A program made the position numbers and the translations under genes. The notes under the pieces were generated by a model that was not told where the DNA came from, did not search any database, and was given only the letters and a program-made list of their open reading frames with translations. A stretch of 64,000 nt of DNA, taken from the NCBI GenBank assembly GCA_964016885.1, contig OZ024741.1, positions 390,352,001 to 390,416,000 on the forward strand. Reading direction: 5' to 3'. The first letter of the stretch is position 1; each line of letters begins with the position of its first letter. Below, one piece after another: positions 1 to 12,343 of the stretch. The DNA is from Eledone cirrhosa. Lineage: Eukaryota.

Positions 1-40
1 AATGCATTTCGAACTTAACTGGTACTCATCAGGACGATCC
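1..40 (-). ncRNA. Type-I hammerhead ribozyme motif, cut by the window edge
   Basis: Reverse complement reads GGATCGTC-CTGATGA-GTACCAGTTAAGTTC-GAAA-TGCA-TT: intact core, short imperfect helix II and palindromic helix III (ATGCAT). The 3' arm of helix I lies outside the window. Confidence 0.55.
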
Positions 41-231
41 CTCCTACACTTGCGATTGCTGGACCTTAAAAACTGGCGAGAATATATGGTCTTCTCGTCT
101 GAGTAAATGAGGTGATTAATCTCATTTGCAAATGAAGCTGAGGGTGATAGCCCCGGTGTTTTGCATAGCTACAGCTTTCTAAATGTTTATCCATAAACAT
201 ACCGTATTTCTGAAGAAATACGAAATTTCAA

Positions 232-285
232 TGTATATACATACATACATGCATACATACATACATACATACATACATACATACA
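232..285. repeat. (TACA)n microsatellite, 3' tail or target of the RTE LINE
   Basis: Direct reading; it abuts the conserved RTE 3' terminus at 286. Confidence 0.9.
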
Positions 286-386
286 TGATGGCTGCCCCCT
301 CGTTATCGAGTATGGCCATTGCACGAGAAAAAAAAAATAATAATAATATTAATAATAATAATAAATAAATAAAAAAAAAAGAAAAG

Positions 387-417
<31 letters not shown>

Positions 418-598
418 CATATATACACACACATACTCACACACATATACACACACACACATAGATTAATAACAATAATAATAACAACAATAATAATAAC
501 GACAACAACAATAATAATATACATATACATATATATATACACACACACGCACACACATAAGCATATCTACACACACACACACACACACACGATAGCAA

Positions 599-955
599 CT
601 AACAGCGCTGCGATCGAATGTGGCTTTTTAGCCCAGCCAATGATCTAAAATGTTTTGCACAGAGTCGGCAACCAAAACATTTACTGGGAATAGTCGGCTG
701 TGGTTGGAGTTCGTGTACTTTTGCATGTCGCTTGAGCCCTCCTGCTGATTTACATTCTCTACCACATGTTTGGCAAGCATGATGAGTAGCATCTCCAACA
801 GCAGCCTGGTAGTCAACCACTGGTCTTACTTTATGACTGCGAAGATGACTTTCGAGTCCAGCTTTGCTTAGGCAGAGTCTCGCACATACGCTGCATGTCA
901 GCACCATAGGAGGACCCTCGCCGTCTGGAAGTGCAACAGCAATGCCCTTACTCAC
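599..955 (-). pseudogene. C-terminal triple C2H2 zinc-finger segment of the RTE ORF (frameshifted from RT)
   Basis: CSVC..SHLRSH; CQTC..RHAKVH; CRLC..SHIRS. Confidence 0.85.
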
Positions 956-963
956 ATTCCGCT

Positions 964-3288
964 TTACTTTCTCGTATGCGATTCGAGATGCTTCAAAGCA
1001 ACTTTTCCCTCATATACAGTCTTTCTCCATTTATTACGATCAGCAGCAATATTCTCCCATGTATCAGCAGAGATGTTAGCGTCTTTCAGAGAGGCTTTCA
1101 AAGAATCCTTATACCTCTTTTTTGGTTTATGTGGCGGTCGTTTTCCTTTAACCAACTCTCCATAAAAGAGTTGTTTTGGTATTCTAGAATCCTTCATCCT
1201 GGCAAGGTGACAACTCCAACGGAGTCGTTGCTTAAGCACAAGAGCTTCTATACTGTCACACATAGAGCTTTCCAAAATCTCGACATCACTGATGTGGTCC
1301 CTCCAGTGAACGCCATGGATCCGTCTGAGACACATCTGATGGAAACGCTCCAATTGCTTAAGGTGGTGTCGATATGTGACCCAGGTCTCGCAGGCATAAT
1401 GAAGACAAGAGAGCACACATGCCCTGTACACCTTTACCTTTGTCCTCCTGCATATGCCTCGCCGACCCCAGAGTCGCCTTTCTAGCTTTCCGAAATCATC
1501 ACTTGCTTTCCTAATCCTAAGTGAGATTTCACTGTCAATGTTGCTGTATCGATTGACAGTGCTTCCCAGGTAGACAAACTGATCAACCACTCCAAGTCGT
1601 TTGCCATACACATAGATGTTTGGTTCAGTGTACTGCTTACCAGAAGCAGGTTGGTACATGACGACGGTTTTCTTGAGACTGACAGTCAGACCTAGGGCAG
1701 TGCAAGCGTCAGAAAATGCATTCAAAATGTGCTGCATATCACTCTCTGTGTGCGCTACAAGATCGCACTCATCTGCATACAAGAGGTCTCTTATGATTGA
1801 TGTAAATACTTTTGTCTTCACAGCAAAGCGCCTGATGTTAAATATGCTGCCTGAGGTTCGATATCGGATGTAAACACCATGCTCGCAATTCCTGAATGCA
1901 ATACAGAAAACCATTGCAAAGTATATGGCAAACAGGGTCGGTGCTGGAATATCCCCCTGTTTCACTCCATTTTTTACTGAGATAGGCTCCGACATGTTAC
2001 CTCTGACATTAACCCAAGCCTTCATGCCGTCATGGAAAGACCTAACTAAAGCAAGGAACTTATCAGGGCAACCAAGTTTCTGGAGAACCTTCCATAATGC
2101 ATCTCTGTTAACAGTATCGAAAGCTTTTGTCAGATCGACAAAAACCTGATACAGATCCAAGCCTTGTTCCATGCACTTCTCCTGGAGCTGTCTAGCTGAG
2201 AAGATCATATCAGTAGTGCCGCGTCCAGCACGAAAACCAGATTGACTTTCAGAAAGAACACAATCTGCAATGTGTGTCAGCAGACGGTCCAGAAGCACCC
2301 TACATAAAACTTTCCTTACGACAGAAAGCAATGATATACCTCTGTAGTTCCCACAATCGTTCCTGTTACCCTTTCCCTTGTACAAGACCACCATTATTGC
2401 ATCTCTCCAGTCCTCAGGTACGGATTCATTAGCCCATATCCTGCCAAACAAAGAGTGAAGATGTTGCAGGAGTCTCTCACCACCATATTGTAGGAGCTCA
2501 GCATGTATGCCATCCATACCTGGAGATCTTCCACTGTTCAGCTTCGAAATAGCCACTGCAACCTCCACAAGCGTCGGAGGTTCTGCGAGAGCTACTTTCA
2601 CAGGACTTTCTGGAATGAGATTGAGGAAATCTTCACTGACGACAGACGGCTGATTCAAAAGATCATCAAAGTGCTCTCGCCACCTTCGTAGAATTCCTTG
2701 TGAGTCACGAAGAAGTTCTTTGCCATCCCTGCTGCGAAGCGGTGTCACCAGAGAAGAAGACGGTCCATAAACCTCACGCAAGAGACTGTACAACAGCTTT
2801 GTGTTATTGGAATCAGACGCAGATTGTATCTCACCAGCCTTCTCACTCCACCACTGATCCTTCATCTGAGAAAGACTCCGCCTAACACGTGATTTTACAT
2901 CCTTGAGTTCCTCATGCAACGTATTCCTCTCCTGTGGTTTTGCCGTCAAGTAGCGTGACAGAGCACGCCTCTTATCAGCCAACAAGTCTTCTATATGTAC
3001 ATCATTCTCATTAAACCAGTCCTGATGTTTCCTCTGCGCCAATCCCAGAGCACGCCTGCCTACATCATAAACCGACTTTTTAAGGGTCGGCCAATCCTCA
3101 CCAAGATCTGCAGCCTGCATCTCTTCTTCCAATGTCCTCTTCACATTTTTATCCTTAAGACGAGCAGCATTCAATCTTTTGGGCAGAGCAACACCAGGAG
3201 CCCGGATTTTACGTTTAATGATTAGTTTCACTTTTGCGCGTACCAGGCGGTGGTCCGTCCAGCACTCAGCTCCACGAAGAACACACAC
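964..3288 (-). pseudogene. RTE reverse transcriptase region, catalytic YADD changed to YADE
   Basis: NYRGISLLS, QSGFRAGRGTTD, FVDLTKAFD, GVKQGD, LLYADEC, FVYLGS. Confidence 0.93.
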
Positions 3289-4100
3289 CGCACATCCTGT
3301 CTGTCACGCATCCTGACTAGGACGTAGTCCAAAAGGTGCCATTCCTTAGATGCAGGATGCACCCATGTGGTCTTGAATTTGTTCTTTTGTTGGAACATGG
3401 TGTTGGTAACACACAGATCCAGCTCCTCACACATCTGCAGCAGGAGCATACCATTGTTGTTACACTTTCCCACCCCATGCCTTCCGATTACATTCCATGT
3501 GTTAAAATCCCTACCCACTCTAGCATTAAAGTCACCAAGCACGATGACTTTGTCTGCCTGAGGGATATTTCTTAAAACACCTTTCAAGGCATGGTAAAAG
3601 GACACCTTTTCCTCATCGACAGAACTCATAGTTGGAGCATACACACTCACCAGGGTAGCATATCTTCCCTTGTCCAGCGGAACTCTCATGGACATAAGAC
3701 GCTCACTAATCCCTACTGGGAATTCTTCTAATTTGTTCACAAGTACAGTCTTAACAGCAAATCCTACCCCAGCCTCTCTTCTGGTTCCTTCATCTCTTCC
3801 TTTCCAGAAGAATGTATATTCTCCACAAAATTCCGTAAGATGACCATCTCCAGCTAACCTCGTCTCAGATAAAGCCACGATGTCAAGATCGTAACGTCGA
3901 AGCTCCTTTGCAACAAGAGCGGTCCTTCGTTCAGGACGCTCCAAGGACTCCCTGTCAAGCAGCGTCCGTACGTTCCAGCAGCCAAGACTAAATGCCTTGT
4001 TTGGCTCTATTACAATGGCACGATGACGACCGGGCCCGGGCTGTGATAACCTGGGGCCTCTGCCCTTATTTCCAATGATCTTTTTTGTTCCAGAACCTAA
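3228..4100 (-). pseudogene. RTE AP-endonuclease domain (frameshift near 3285)
   Basis: GCWNVRTLLD...DIVALSETRL...VSVYAPT...VLGDFNARVG...WHLLDYVLVR. The ORF-track start lies in the microsatellite and is spurious. Confidence 0.92.
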
Positions 4101-4147
4101 ATTGCCAATTATCTCTTTTATACATACATACATACATACATACATAC

Positions 4148-4757
4148 ATGGTGGCTGCCAACTCGTTTTCGAGTACGGCCACTACTTTATATCCATGTAG
4201 GAGAACCCCTACCGATGCGCTGAACGAGTGTGACTTTTTAGTCCAGCCAGCGACTTGAAAACTCTGGTACAAACACTACACTTGTGACAATTATTGACAC
4301 ATAGTGCTGGGCCCATGGTACCATGTGAGGACAAGTGCAGAGAGATCTCCAGATATAAAGCAATGCCTGTGCCATGAAGCTTTTATAGTGAGCAAAGGCA
4401 CTGCACAAAGCCAGTCCCACTCTCTTAACCAAGATGATATTTACCAAAAAGAAGAACAAGTCAACATCATTGGATACCATCAGGGTTGCAGGTGTTATAT
4501 CAGAGTTTTCCTTATCCTAGAATTCTGCCTTGACAAAGGCTAAGGGGTCATCTCTCCCGGTGATTTTGGATGGCCATTGACTCTTAAGAGCTCCTTTGCC
4601 CTTTGACAGGTTTTGTTTTTAGTCCTGCAGGATGTCCAAAGTCACCCTCCTCACCAAGAAACCTTGGTGGGGTTGCCAGTTTAGTCGCCAACGACCCGAC
4701 CATGAGACAGGTTGTACTGGGATACATGTTACCAGTAGCACCAACTGGTGACCTGAC
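4148..4757 (-). mobile_element. ~610-bp non-autonomous RTE-related element, copy 1
   Basis: Near-identical to 46618-47862, with the same 5' start (GTCAGGTCACCAG). It carries a C2H2 remnant ([16 protein letters not shown]) and the same type of 3' stem-loop as the RTE at 286-325; (TACA)n flanks both sides. Confidence 0.8.
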
Positions 4758-4802
4758 ATACATACATACATACATACATACATACATACATACATACATA
4801 CA

Positions 4803-4837
<35 letters not shown>

Positions 4838-4838
4838 T

Positions 4839-5666
4839 TAAAAAAAATTGACCAATTTACAGAAAAAGTTGTGCATGGATACTTGAGACGTAAGACACAG
4901 ACCATAGAGGGAATAAACCACTCAAAAAGCCTGGCATGGAGTTCCGACAAGTTTATGACATCACACCTTGAAGGATATTTCTATGCAATACAGGAACAAG
5001 AACTCCCTACCAAATATCTGCTGCTCAAAAAGGGAGGGCCATCAGCTGACAATAAATGTAGGCTATGTAAAACAAAGATCGAGGATGTAAGCCACATTGA
5101 GACACGATGGGATAGCTAGAACCATTTGGAACACACTTCGGAAAACAAAATTAACAACAAACGAGGAAGAATATATTGAGATAGATGGCACTAAGGAATA
5201 CTGGTGGAACCTGAAAATAAAAACTGCCACCAAATTAAAGCACAACCGGCCTGATATTGTTGTTTGGGACCACACATTGAGCACGTGTTCTGTTGTGGAG
5301 ATCAGCTGCCCACTTGATGTCAACGTTGTCAGAAAAATACAGGAGAAGGAGGACATCTACGGACCATTGATGAGGAGTTTACAAATCCAGTATCCAAGAT
5401 ACACCTTTAGCTTCATACCCATCATTATTGGAGCTACGGGTTATATACCAACCCGCTTGGACCAAAGTATGACTGAACTTGGATTTGCGGGCAAAGAGCG
5501 CAGCTCCCTAATTCATAGTCTACAAATGGCTGCAATAGCTGGCACCTTCCAAATTTGCAAAACATTCTTGCTATTCAAGGGATGACAATTTCATTTCTTT
5601 TACAACCTTGCCACTAGGAAGGTAGCCGGCCAAAAAAATATACTCGAAATTAAGAGAAAGAGATAA

Positions 5667-5672
<6 letters not shown>
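4839..5672 (+). mobile_element. 5'-truncated RLE-type non-LTR retrotransposon (R4/Dong-like)
   Basis: IQEQELPTKY, CRLC..EDVSHI (CCHC), RHDGIA, RPDIVVWD..VVEISCP..K..Y (PD-(D/E)xK nuclease); ends in (TA)n. Confidence 0.8.
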
Positions 5673-5714
<42 letters not shown>

Positions 5715-5715
5715 T

Positions 5716-6063
5716 TATATTTATCTCTTTCTCTTAATTTCGAGTATATTTTTTTGGCCGGCTACCTTCCTGGTGGCAAGGTTGTAAAAGAAATGAAATT
5801 GTCATCCCTTGAATAGCAAGAATGTTTTGCAAATTTGGAAGGTGCCAGCTATCGCAGCCATTTGTAGACTATGAATTAGGGAGCTGCGCTCTTTGTCCGC
5901 AAATCCAAGTTCAGTCATACTTTGGTCCAAGCGGGTTGGTATATAACCCGTAGCTCCAATAATGATGGGTATGAAGCTAAAGGTGTATCTTGGATACTGG
6001 ATTTGTAAACTCCTCATCAATGGTCCGTAGATGTCCTCCTTCTCCTGTATTTTTCTGACAACG

Positions 6064-6066
<3 letters not shown>
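5716..6066 (-). mobile_element. Second, shorter inverted copy of the same RLE element
   Basis: Near-exact reverse complement of ~5322-5672; ORF 5802..6020 matches the C-terminus of 5097..5585. Confidence 0.88.
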
Positions 6067-6147
<81 letters not shown>

Positions 6148-6159
6148 AAAATAACAGAT

Positions 6160-7470
6160 TAAAGTTTAAGCAAAGAATCGCTCATGCCAACCCTGTTTAT
6201 GAAGATTATGAACAGGAGAGTGACAGTACGCACTCTTGGCGGAGTCCGACACTCATATTAAATGATTTCGACTTAGTACCATTTATCCGAAGACAAATAT
6301 TTGGACATTCGTATAGAGGCAATAGAGCTGGAAGAAGCTGACCATCGATCCCATACTCCTGCATAATCTTCCACAACAAGTCCTGTGGAACGCGGTTGTA
6401 TACCTTTTCGAGGTCCAAGAAACAAGCATATACCTCTTGGTAGTATTCCCACGTTTTCTCAAAGACCTGCTGCAGTCAGAATATTTGGTCAGTTGTGCTA
6501 TGTCCAGAGTGAAAACCATACTGTTCATCAGCTAACATAGACTCGACAATCTCCCTACATCTCCTTACCAGACACTTAGCATAGACTTTACTAGGGAGGC
6601 TTATCAACGAAATTCCTCTATAATTGAAGCAATCCTTCTTGTTTCCCTTTTTGAAAATTGTGATTACCACTCTCGATTGTCATTACTTAGGTTCCTTTTC
6701 AGAGATCCGGCTCACCCGGTACACACGTGTCAGTCAGAGAATACCTTCTCTATTTAACCCTTTAGCGTTCACATTATTTTATATATACTATTATATTTTC
6801 ATGGTAAAGGCTTTACCTCACATAATTATCTCAGATAATATCGAATCTATGAGATTTTGAAAGTATTTATTTTGAGAACAATACCTTAACATGAGTTTGA
6901 GTGACCAGTTACAGCCAGTTTCAACAGAAAGAGGTAGAGAATTCTGTCCGGTTTTGGCCGGTTTGAAAACTAAAGGGTTAAGGATTTTAACATCTCGAGT
7001 CAAATTCCATTCTTCCCTGCGACCTTGCCACATTTGAGTGCTTTAATTGCTCTGGTAACCTCATCCCCCGAGAGATTAGACATCGCTTTTAAAGATGTTG
7101 TGACTCGATTTAGGTGATAAGCAAAGTACACTCTCCACTTCGCAAAAATGCACCTCTCTTCATAGAGAAGAACCCCGGACACGTTCCTGATAGCAGGCGT
7201 GGAAGGGGACATCTTATTACGAAATTGTAGATGGTCTGTCAGAATACTTTAATTGGATTTCAGTTTCACCCGACGCCCTTACTCTCTCTGCTACATTTCG
7301 CTCCTGTTTGTATCGCGAGTGCAAGAAGGAAGACTTGTTTCTAAACCAAGTTTTATAAAACTCCTTCTTTAACCATCTGATTGAACAGTGAGTCCTCACG
7401 TCGCAACGAGCCGCTTTCGCCTGCAACATTTAACAGCTGAAGCAGAAATTGCTGAGCTGAACAGTCTTCA
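6160..7470 (-). mobile_element. Degenerate RTE-like LINE fragment (RT)
   Basis: Broken ORFs: IFKKGNKKDCFNYRGISLIS, EQYGF..STTDQIF, DLEKVYNRVP, VGLRQECVLS. Confidence 0.8.
6758..6977. mobile_element. piggyBac-type MITE inserted in the degenerate RTE
   Basis: TTAA|CCCTTTAG...CTAAAGGG|TTAA, i.e. a TTAA duplication at 6754-6757 and 6978-6981. RT-like sequence resumes on both sides. Confidence 0.85.
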
Positions 7471-7472
7471 CT

Positions 7473-7524
<52 letters not shown>

Positions 7525-8221
7525 CGACGATGACAACGACGACAACGACGCGTAGTCATTCGCCCTGCTAGAAATAGCAGTAAATAAAATGTGTCCCATT
7601 TGTGAATAATTCATCGATTTTTTTTTTTCTAGAGATAGTGTATTTAGGAATACATGATACTATCTACCTTTTATTTTTTAATGACAGTAAGGTGTGATTT
7701 TATGCAAATTTCACTTCGCTTTTTTTTTTTTTTTCGCAGGTCGAACGTCCAAAACAATTGAAATGAGCCAACACATTATTTGTTGGTTTAGAGCAGTTTC
7801 ACAGGTAACTATATATGCATTCTTGTACATCTATGAATAAGAATCCCACCATTGTTTTATTGTAGCGTCAACCGTGAGATCATTTTGAATTAATTCATTG
7901 ACAGGCTTTAGGAATATGTCACCGAACAACAGGCAAATCACAATCTTAATTCATTCGAATATATTTGAATGCTAATTGATCACTTATTTTATACAGAATA
8001 GGTATTATTAGTACCAACGGTCTCACAAACCTGTTGATCACTGGAAGAGTGATTTTTTGCCCTTAAAATCATATAAATACAACAATGACTTTTAGCTTTG
8101 GTTTGGTACAAAAACAAAACGTTGAACGAGCTTCGTAGATTGAATCAACCTCTCATCAAGTATGCTGTGTAGTTAAATTAGTTTCACAACCGGGCTCGAT
8201 TCCATTGCGCGACGCATTCGA

Positions 8222-8259
<38 letters not shown>

Positions 8260-8264
8260 TTCTC

Positions 8265-8418
<154 letters not shown>

Positions 8419-8637
8419 TCTGTTCCCTCTATGTCTGTCACTCACGTTCATCCTTTATCCCACGCCACCCCTTCCTAGAATTTTACGCATTTTCAATTAT
8501 TTCTGGACTGGGCGCCTAACAACTCAGTTCGATTTGCTGTTCGAACGACTTTATCTATCTTCATATGCGGTTAGTTTTGATGCACATTATGTTCTGTTTT
8601 GTTTTCAGTTTAGCACCTTGTGGTTCGCACGTACACA

Positions 8638-9170
8638 TTCTTCTTCTTCTTCTTCTTCTTCTTCTTCTTCTTCTTCTTCTTCTTCTTCTTCTTCTTCTTC
8701 TTCTTCTTCTTCTTCTTCTTCTTCTTCTTCTTCTTCTTCTTCTTCTTCTTCTCCCACTTATACCCGAGAGGGTGGTGGGGGTAGAGTCCTCAAACAGTCC
8801 TTCCTGTGGATCCTGTTACAAGCAACTGTCTCCAACTGATCCAGCTGGATCTCCAAGCGAGACCAGCAGAGCTCATGGATGTTATCCAACCATCTTGCTC
8901 AGGATCTACCCCTGGGTTTCCTGCCGGTTAGTTTTGCCCGTAAAATCCGTCCAGTGATTATTTCCTGAGACATTCTAGCCATACGCCAGTAGTATCTGAG
9001 CTGTGATCTCTCAATTCAGAGAAGTAGCAGCTCTACCTGGAGTGACTCTCTGATCTCCGAGCCTCGCACTCTATCGAGTAACGTTACTACAAAGATTCTC
9101 CGGAAGAATCCTATTTCGGCTGCTTGTATTCGCGATCGTATTCTTTCGGTCATTACCCAATATTCCTTGT
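8638..9170 (-). mobile_element. RTE-like LINE 3' fragment with (AAG)n tail
   Basis: A (TTC)n tract at 8638-8752 is followed by sequence that reads like an RTE C-terminus on the minus strand (G.NRQETQG...W.DN). Confidence 0.5.
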
Positions 9171-9421
9171 TAATTGAAAGATAAAATTGTATCTTCTACT
9201 ATGGTATTGTATCATCTTGTACTTAAAAATCTAGCAACTAATTTCTATTCGCCTCTGGTGCACTGGGATGAACGATTTAATCCATATAAATAACCGAAAT
9301 CGTGGTGATTTCCCGCAGATAGCTGACGAGACAGGGATGTTTCTGTTTATCCGTTTTGCTCCGAGTTCTAGTGCCTGTTGTTCTCGCTGTCTGTGCTTAA
9401 ATTTTGACTTTTATATATATA

Positions 9422-9612
9422 CTAGCAGTTGTACCCAACGTTGCTCGGGAAAAAGATGACACAGTCAGTGGACAATATCTTGAAAAATAATTATTGCAAC
9501 TGTATAAATATATTATTTGAAACATTTATATTCAGTGTGTATGTGTGTATATATATATATGTATGTGCACTTTTTTTTTCTTTGGTCCCGCCACGTAGTA
9601 CGTAAATAGAGA
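9422..9612 (-). mobile_element. Possible mini non-autonomous Helitron
   Basis: Minus strand: A|TCTCTATTT...CCCGAGCAACGTTGGGT (imperfect hairpin)...CTAG|T, giving 5'-TC, 3'-CTAG and an A|T target. Confidence 0.5.
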
Positions 9613-10477
9613 TCGATAATAAGTAATAGACTGAAATAAGTATTAACCTCAATTGATCGAATGACTGAAACTTAATCAATGAAATGTTTTATATATTTTT
9701 ATTGTTATTGTTCATTTACTTTGTAGAATTAAAACATCACTGCACCATATCACCCTTAAACATGAATAGCGTACAATTAGAGAACTCTGATAGTCGCTGA
9801 TACTCACATAGCGCTACTGTAATGGCGTCTTCTCTACGGATTTGGTTCCACCTTCACTCAGGCATTCCTGCCACAAATGTCTCTCCTCACCTTCCCATTA
9901 TACACATTGTGTCAAAATTCCCAGGCCCAGCAATAATCACTATACAAAATCTTTCCTCCCAGAACGGAAATCTTTCGCTGCACATGTCTTTCATGCAGGA
10001 GTCGACTTACAACAATTTAAGCTAAACACCAACAGCTTCAATCTCATCAATCTCAGAAGATTGAAAGGTCGTATGCACAGATCCTTCCTCGGGGAGATGA
10101 GGGGTGAGGAAGGAGATTGGGATGTGCAGGGGGAAAGATGGAGGAGGAGATAAAAGAGGATAGATAACAATAGAGAGGTAAAACCCAGTCTGAAGTGAGG
10201 CAAAGGGAGAGGAACAAAAGATTTCTTTTTAAATGAGAGGTGAAGATGGGTCATATGCGCAAACAAACTTTATAGTGGTGAGAAGTAGTGAGAAACTCTT
10301 AGGAGAGCTGGACAGCAGGTCTTCAGAGAAGAAACCCCTCTTTTGCAAGTGTTTCGGCCCTTAATATGCATACATATATTACATATATACATACGTTCGT
10401 ATATTGGTAGGTTTGCGAGGGGTGCGTACTATAAGGTTGGTGGCTGTGTGGGTAGGAGAGAAGAGGAGATGAGCTAC

Positions 10478-10529
<52 letters not shown>

Positions 10530-10532
<3 letters not shown>

Positions 10533-10854
10533 TGTACCACCGGCATTCGCGGCCCCGGTTATTCGCGGAATTTTCATTAGAACCTAACTAATAAATGTTC
10601 GTGGAAACCACCGCATATTCGTAGAATCGTAAATATCTTCCGCGGTGTTTTTATGGCTTTTCCGTGGCAATATATATTTTTTCACGCTTTTTAACGCAAA
10701 ATTATTAATAACATTATACCGTATTTGCCAGCCTATATTTTACGTTATGTTTTGACGTTTAAAGGCATTTTTATGGACCATGTCCTATCTTCGCGGTTTT
10801 TCACGCTTCGCGGATGCTCTAGAAACGCAACCCTTGCGAATACCGGGGGACTTT

Positions 10855-10856
<2 letters not shown>
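10530..10856. mobile_element. Tc1/mariner-pogo (Tigger-like) MITE
   Basis: TA|CAGTGTACCACCGGCATTCGC ... GCGAATACCGGGGGACTTTTG|TA imperfect TIRs, internal CCGCGAA-type repeats, embedded in (TA)n. Confidence 0.65.
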
Positions 10857-10898
<42 letters not shown>

Positions 10899-10909
10899 TA
10901 TATATATAT

Positions 10910-11028
<119 letters not shown>

Positions 11029-11061
11029 TAAATATATATACACACACATATATATATATAT

Positions 11062-11130
<69 letters not shown>

Positions 11131-11175
11131 TATATACATATATATATACATATATATACATATATATACATATAT

Positions 11176-11215
<40 letters not shown>

Positions 11216-11217
<2 letters not shown>

Positions 11218-11960
11218 CACCAATTGTACACCTAACCAACATCCAAACTTTAAAATGTTCCCCATTTACAAATTCATAGACAACGCTTCTTTCATCCATC
11301 GTACCAATAAGGAAACGTACTTCATTAACAAATTCCAACCTCTACTTAATGGACTAAACTTCGGACTAAACTAAAACTGGAACGAACAATCAAACATTTA
11401 CAAGAGTTACCTCCCTCACACCCTACCTAATCCCTTTTCTTAAATAAATTAAATATCATCCAGCATGAATTACCTTCCCCTACATATTAACTCTCTAAAA
11501 AGGGAAATCATATCAAACCCTAGTCCACCATTTGCCTCCATCATGGATCAACTAAGCGCTCTTGCCATAATAACACATTTTGATTTGCTTATCTTCAAGA
11601 ACTATGCCTGTAAATAACATTATTTTTTCTTTCACCTTGCCTTATTATGCTTCATATTACGCTCCTTTTTTTTCTTTTTTCTTTTCACTTCATAAACCTT
11701 GTTTGTAAATAACATTATTCTTTCTGCACCATTTCTTTAACATGTCCAACACCACCATTCTACACCAATACATATCACTATCATTTGATAATGCATAAAA
11801 ATGCTGAAACCGGTAATAGACAATTATTAAATAGATAAATAAATAAATAAATAAATGCGATTGTTAATTAACAAATAAATCAACTAATACCTTAACACTT
11901 CACACAAAGTAAAATATTTCGTTTTAATCATTTTCTAACCCAGAAAAAAGTGAGAAAGAA
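11216..11960 (+). mobile_element. Penelope-like 3' remnant (GIY-YIG C-terminus + 3'UTR)
   Basis: 11220-11360 translates as ...[28 protein letters not shown], homologous to [23 protein letters not shown] at the end of the 43428-45231 ORF. A degenerate hammerhead lies downstream. Confidence 0.7.
11778..11819 (+). ncRNA. Degenerate hammerhead motif
   Basis: TTGATAA (for CTGATGA)-tGCATaaaaATGCt-GAAA-CCGG-TA-atag; palindromic helix III, mutated core. Confidence 0.45.
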
Positions 11961-12227
11961 GTAAAAAGGAAAAAAATATATTTTTCTTCCTAATAATCGT
12001 CTTTTTCTCCCTGTTTTCATATATATATATATACATGTGTGTATATATAAGTATCAACTCATACACTCACATGTAGCAATGTAATCAAAGAACGCTGTCT
12101 CCCCTCACTCTATGTAACAAAATTGTCCCTTTCTTAAATTTTAATAAACTTTCATTTCTCTCTCTATATATATCTTTCCCTCACATATTTTATCCTCTCT
12201 CTCTCTCTCTCTTTCCCTCACATATTT

Positions 12228-12271
<44 letters not shown>

Positions 12272-12343
12272 TGTTCTTGTCCTTTCTCTATTTCTTTCGT
12301 ATTTTTCCTCTCTACTTTCTTTCTCTTTCTCCCATCTCTACAT

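Larger units (their letters stand above)
286..4118 (-). mobile_element. RTE-clade LINE, near full length, frameshifted (APE-RT-3xC2H2)
   Basis: Consecutive minus-strand ORFs encode APE (WNVRTL, ALSETR, SVYAPT, LGDFNA, LLDY), RT (FVDLTKAFD, GVKQG, YADE) and C2H2 fingers. A 3' stem-loop terminus lies at 286-325, and (TACA)n flanks both sides. Confidence 0.93.

Noticed and set aside
202-229. CTGAAGA-AATAC-GAAA hammerhead-like core
   Set aside because: No helix II pair, no helix I/III partner; better explained as a CGTATTTC/GAAATACG hairpin.
599-955. Stand-alone host C2H2 zinc-finger gene
   Set aside because: Contiguous with the RTE RT frame through a frameshift and followed by the LINE 3' terminus.
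9323-9350. CTGACGA followed by a short stem
   Set aside because: No GAAA after the stem and no helix III.
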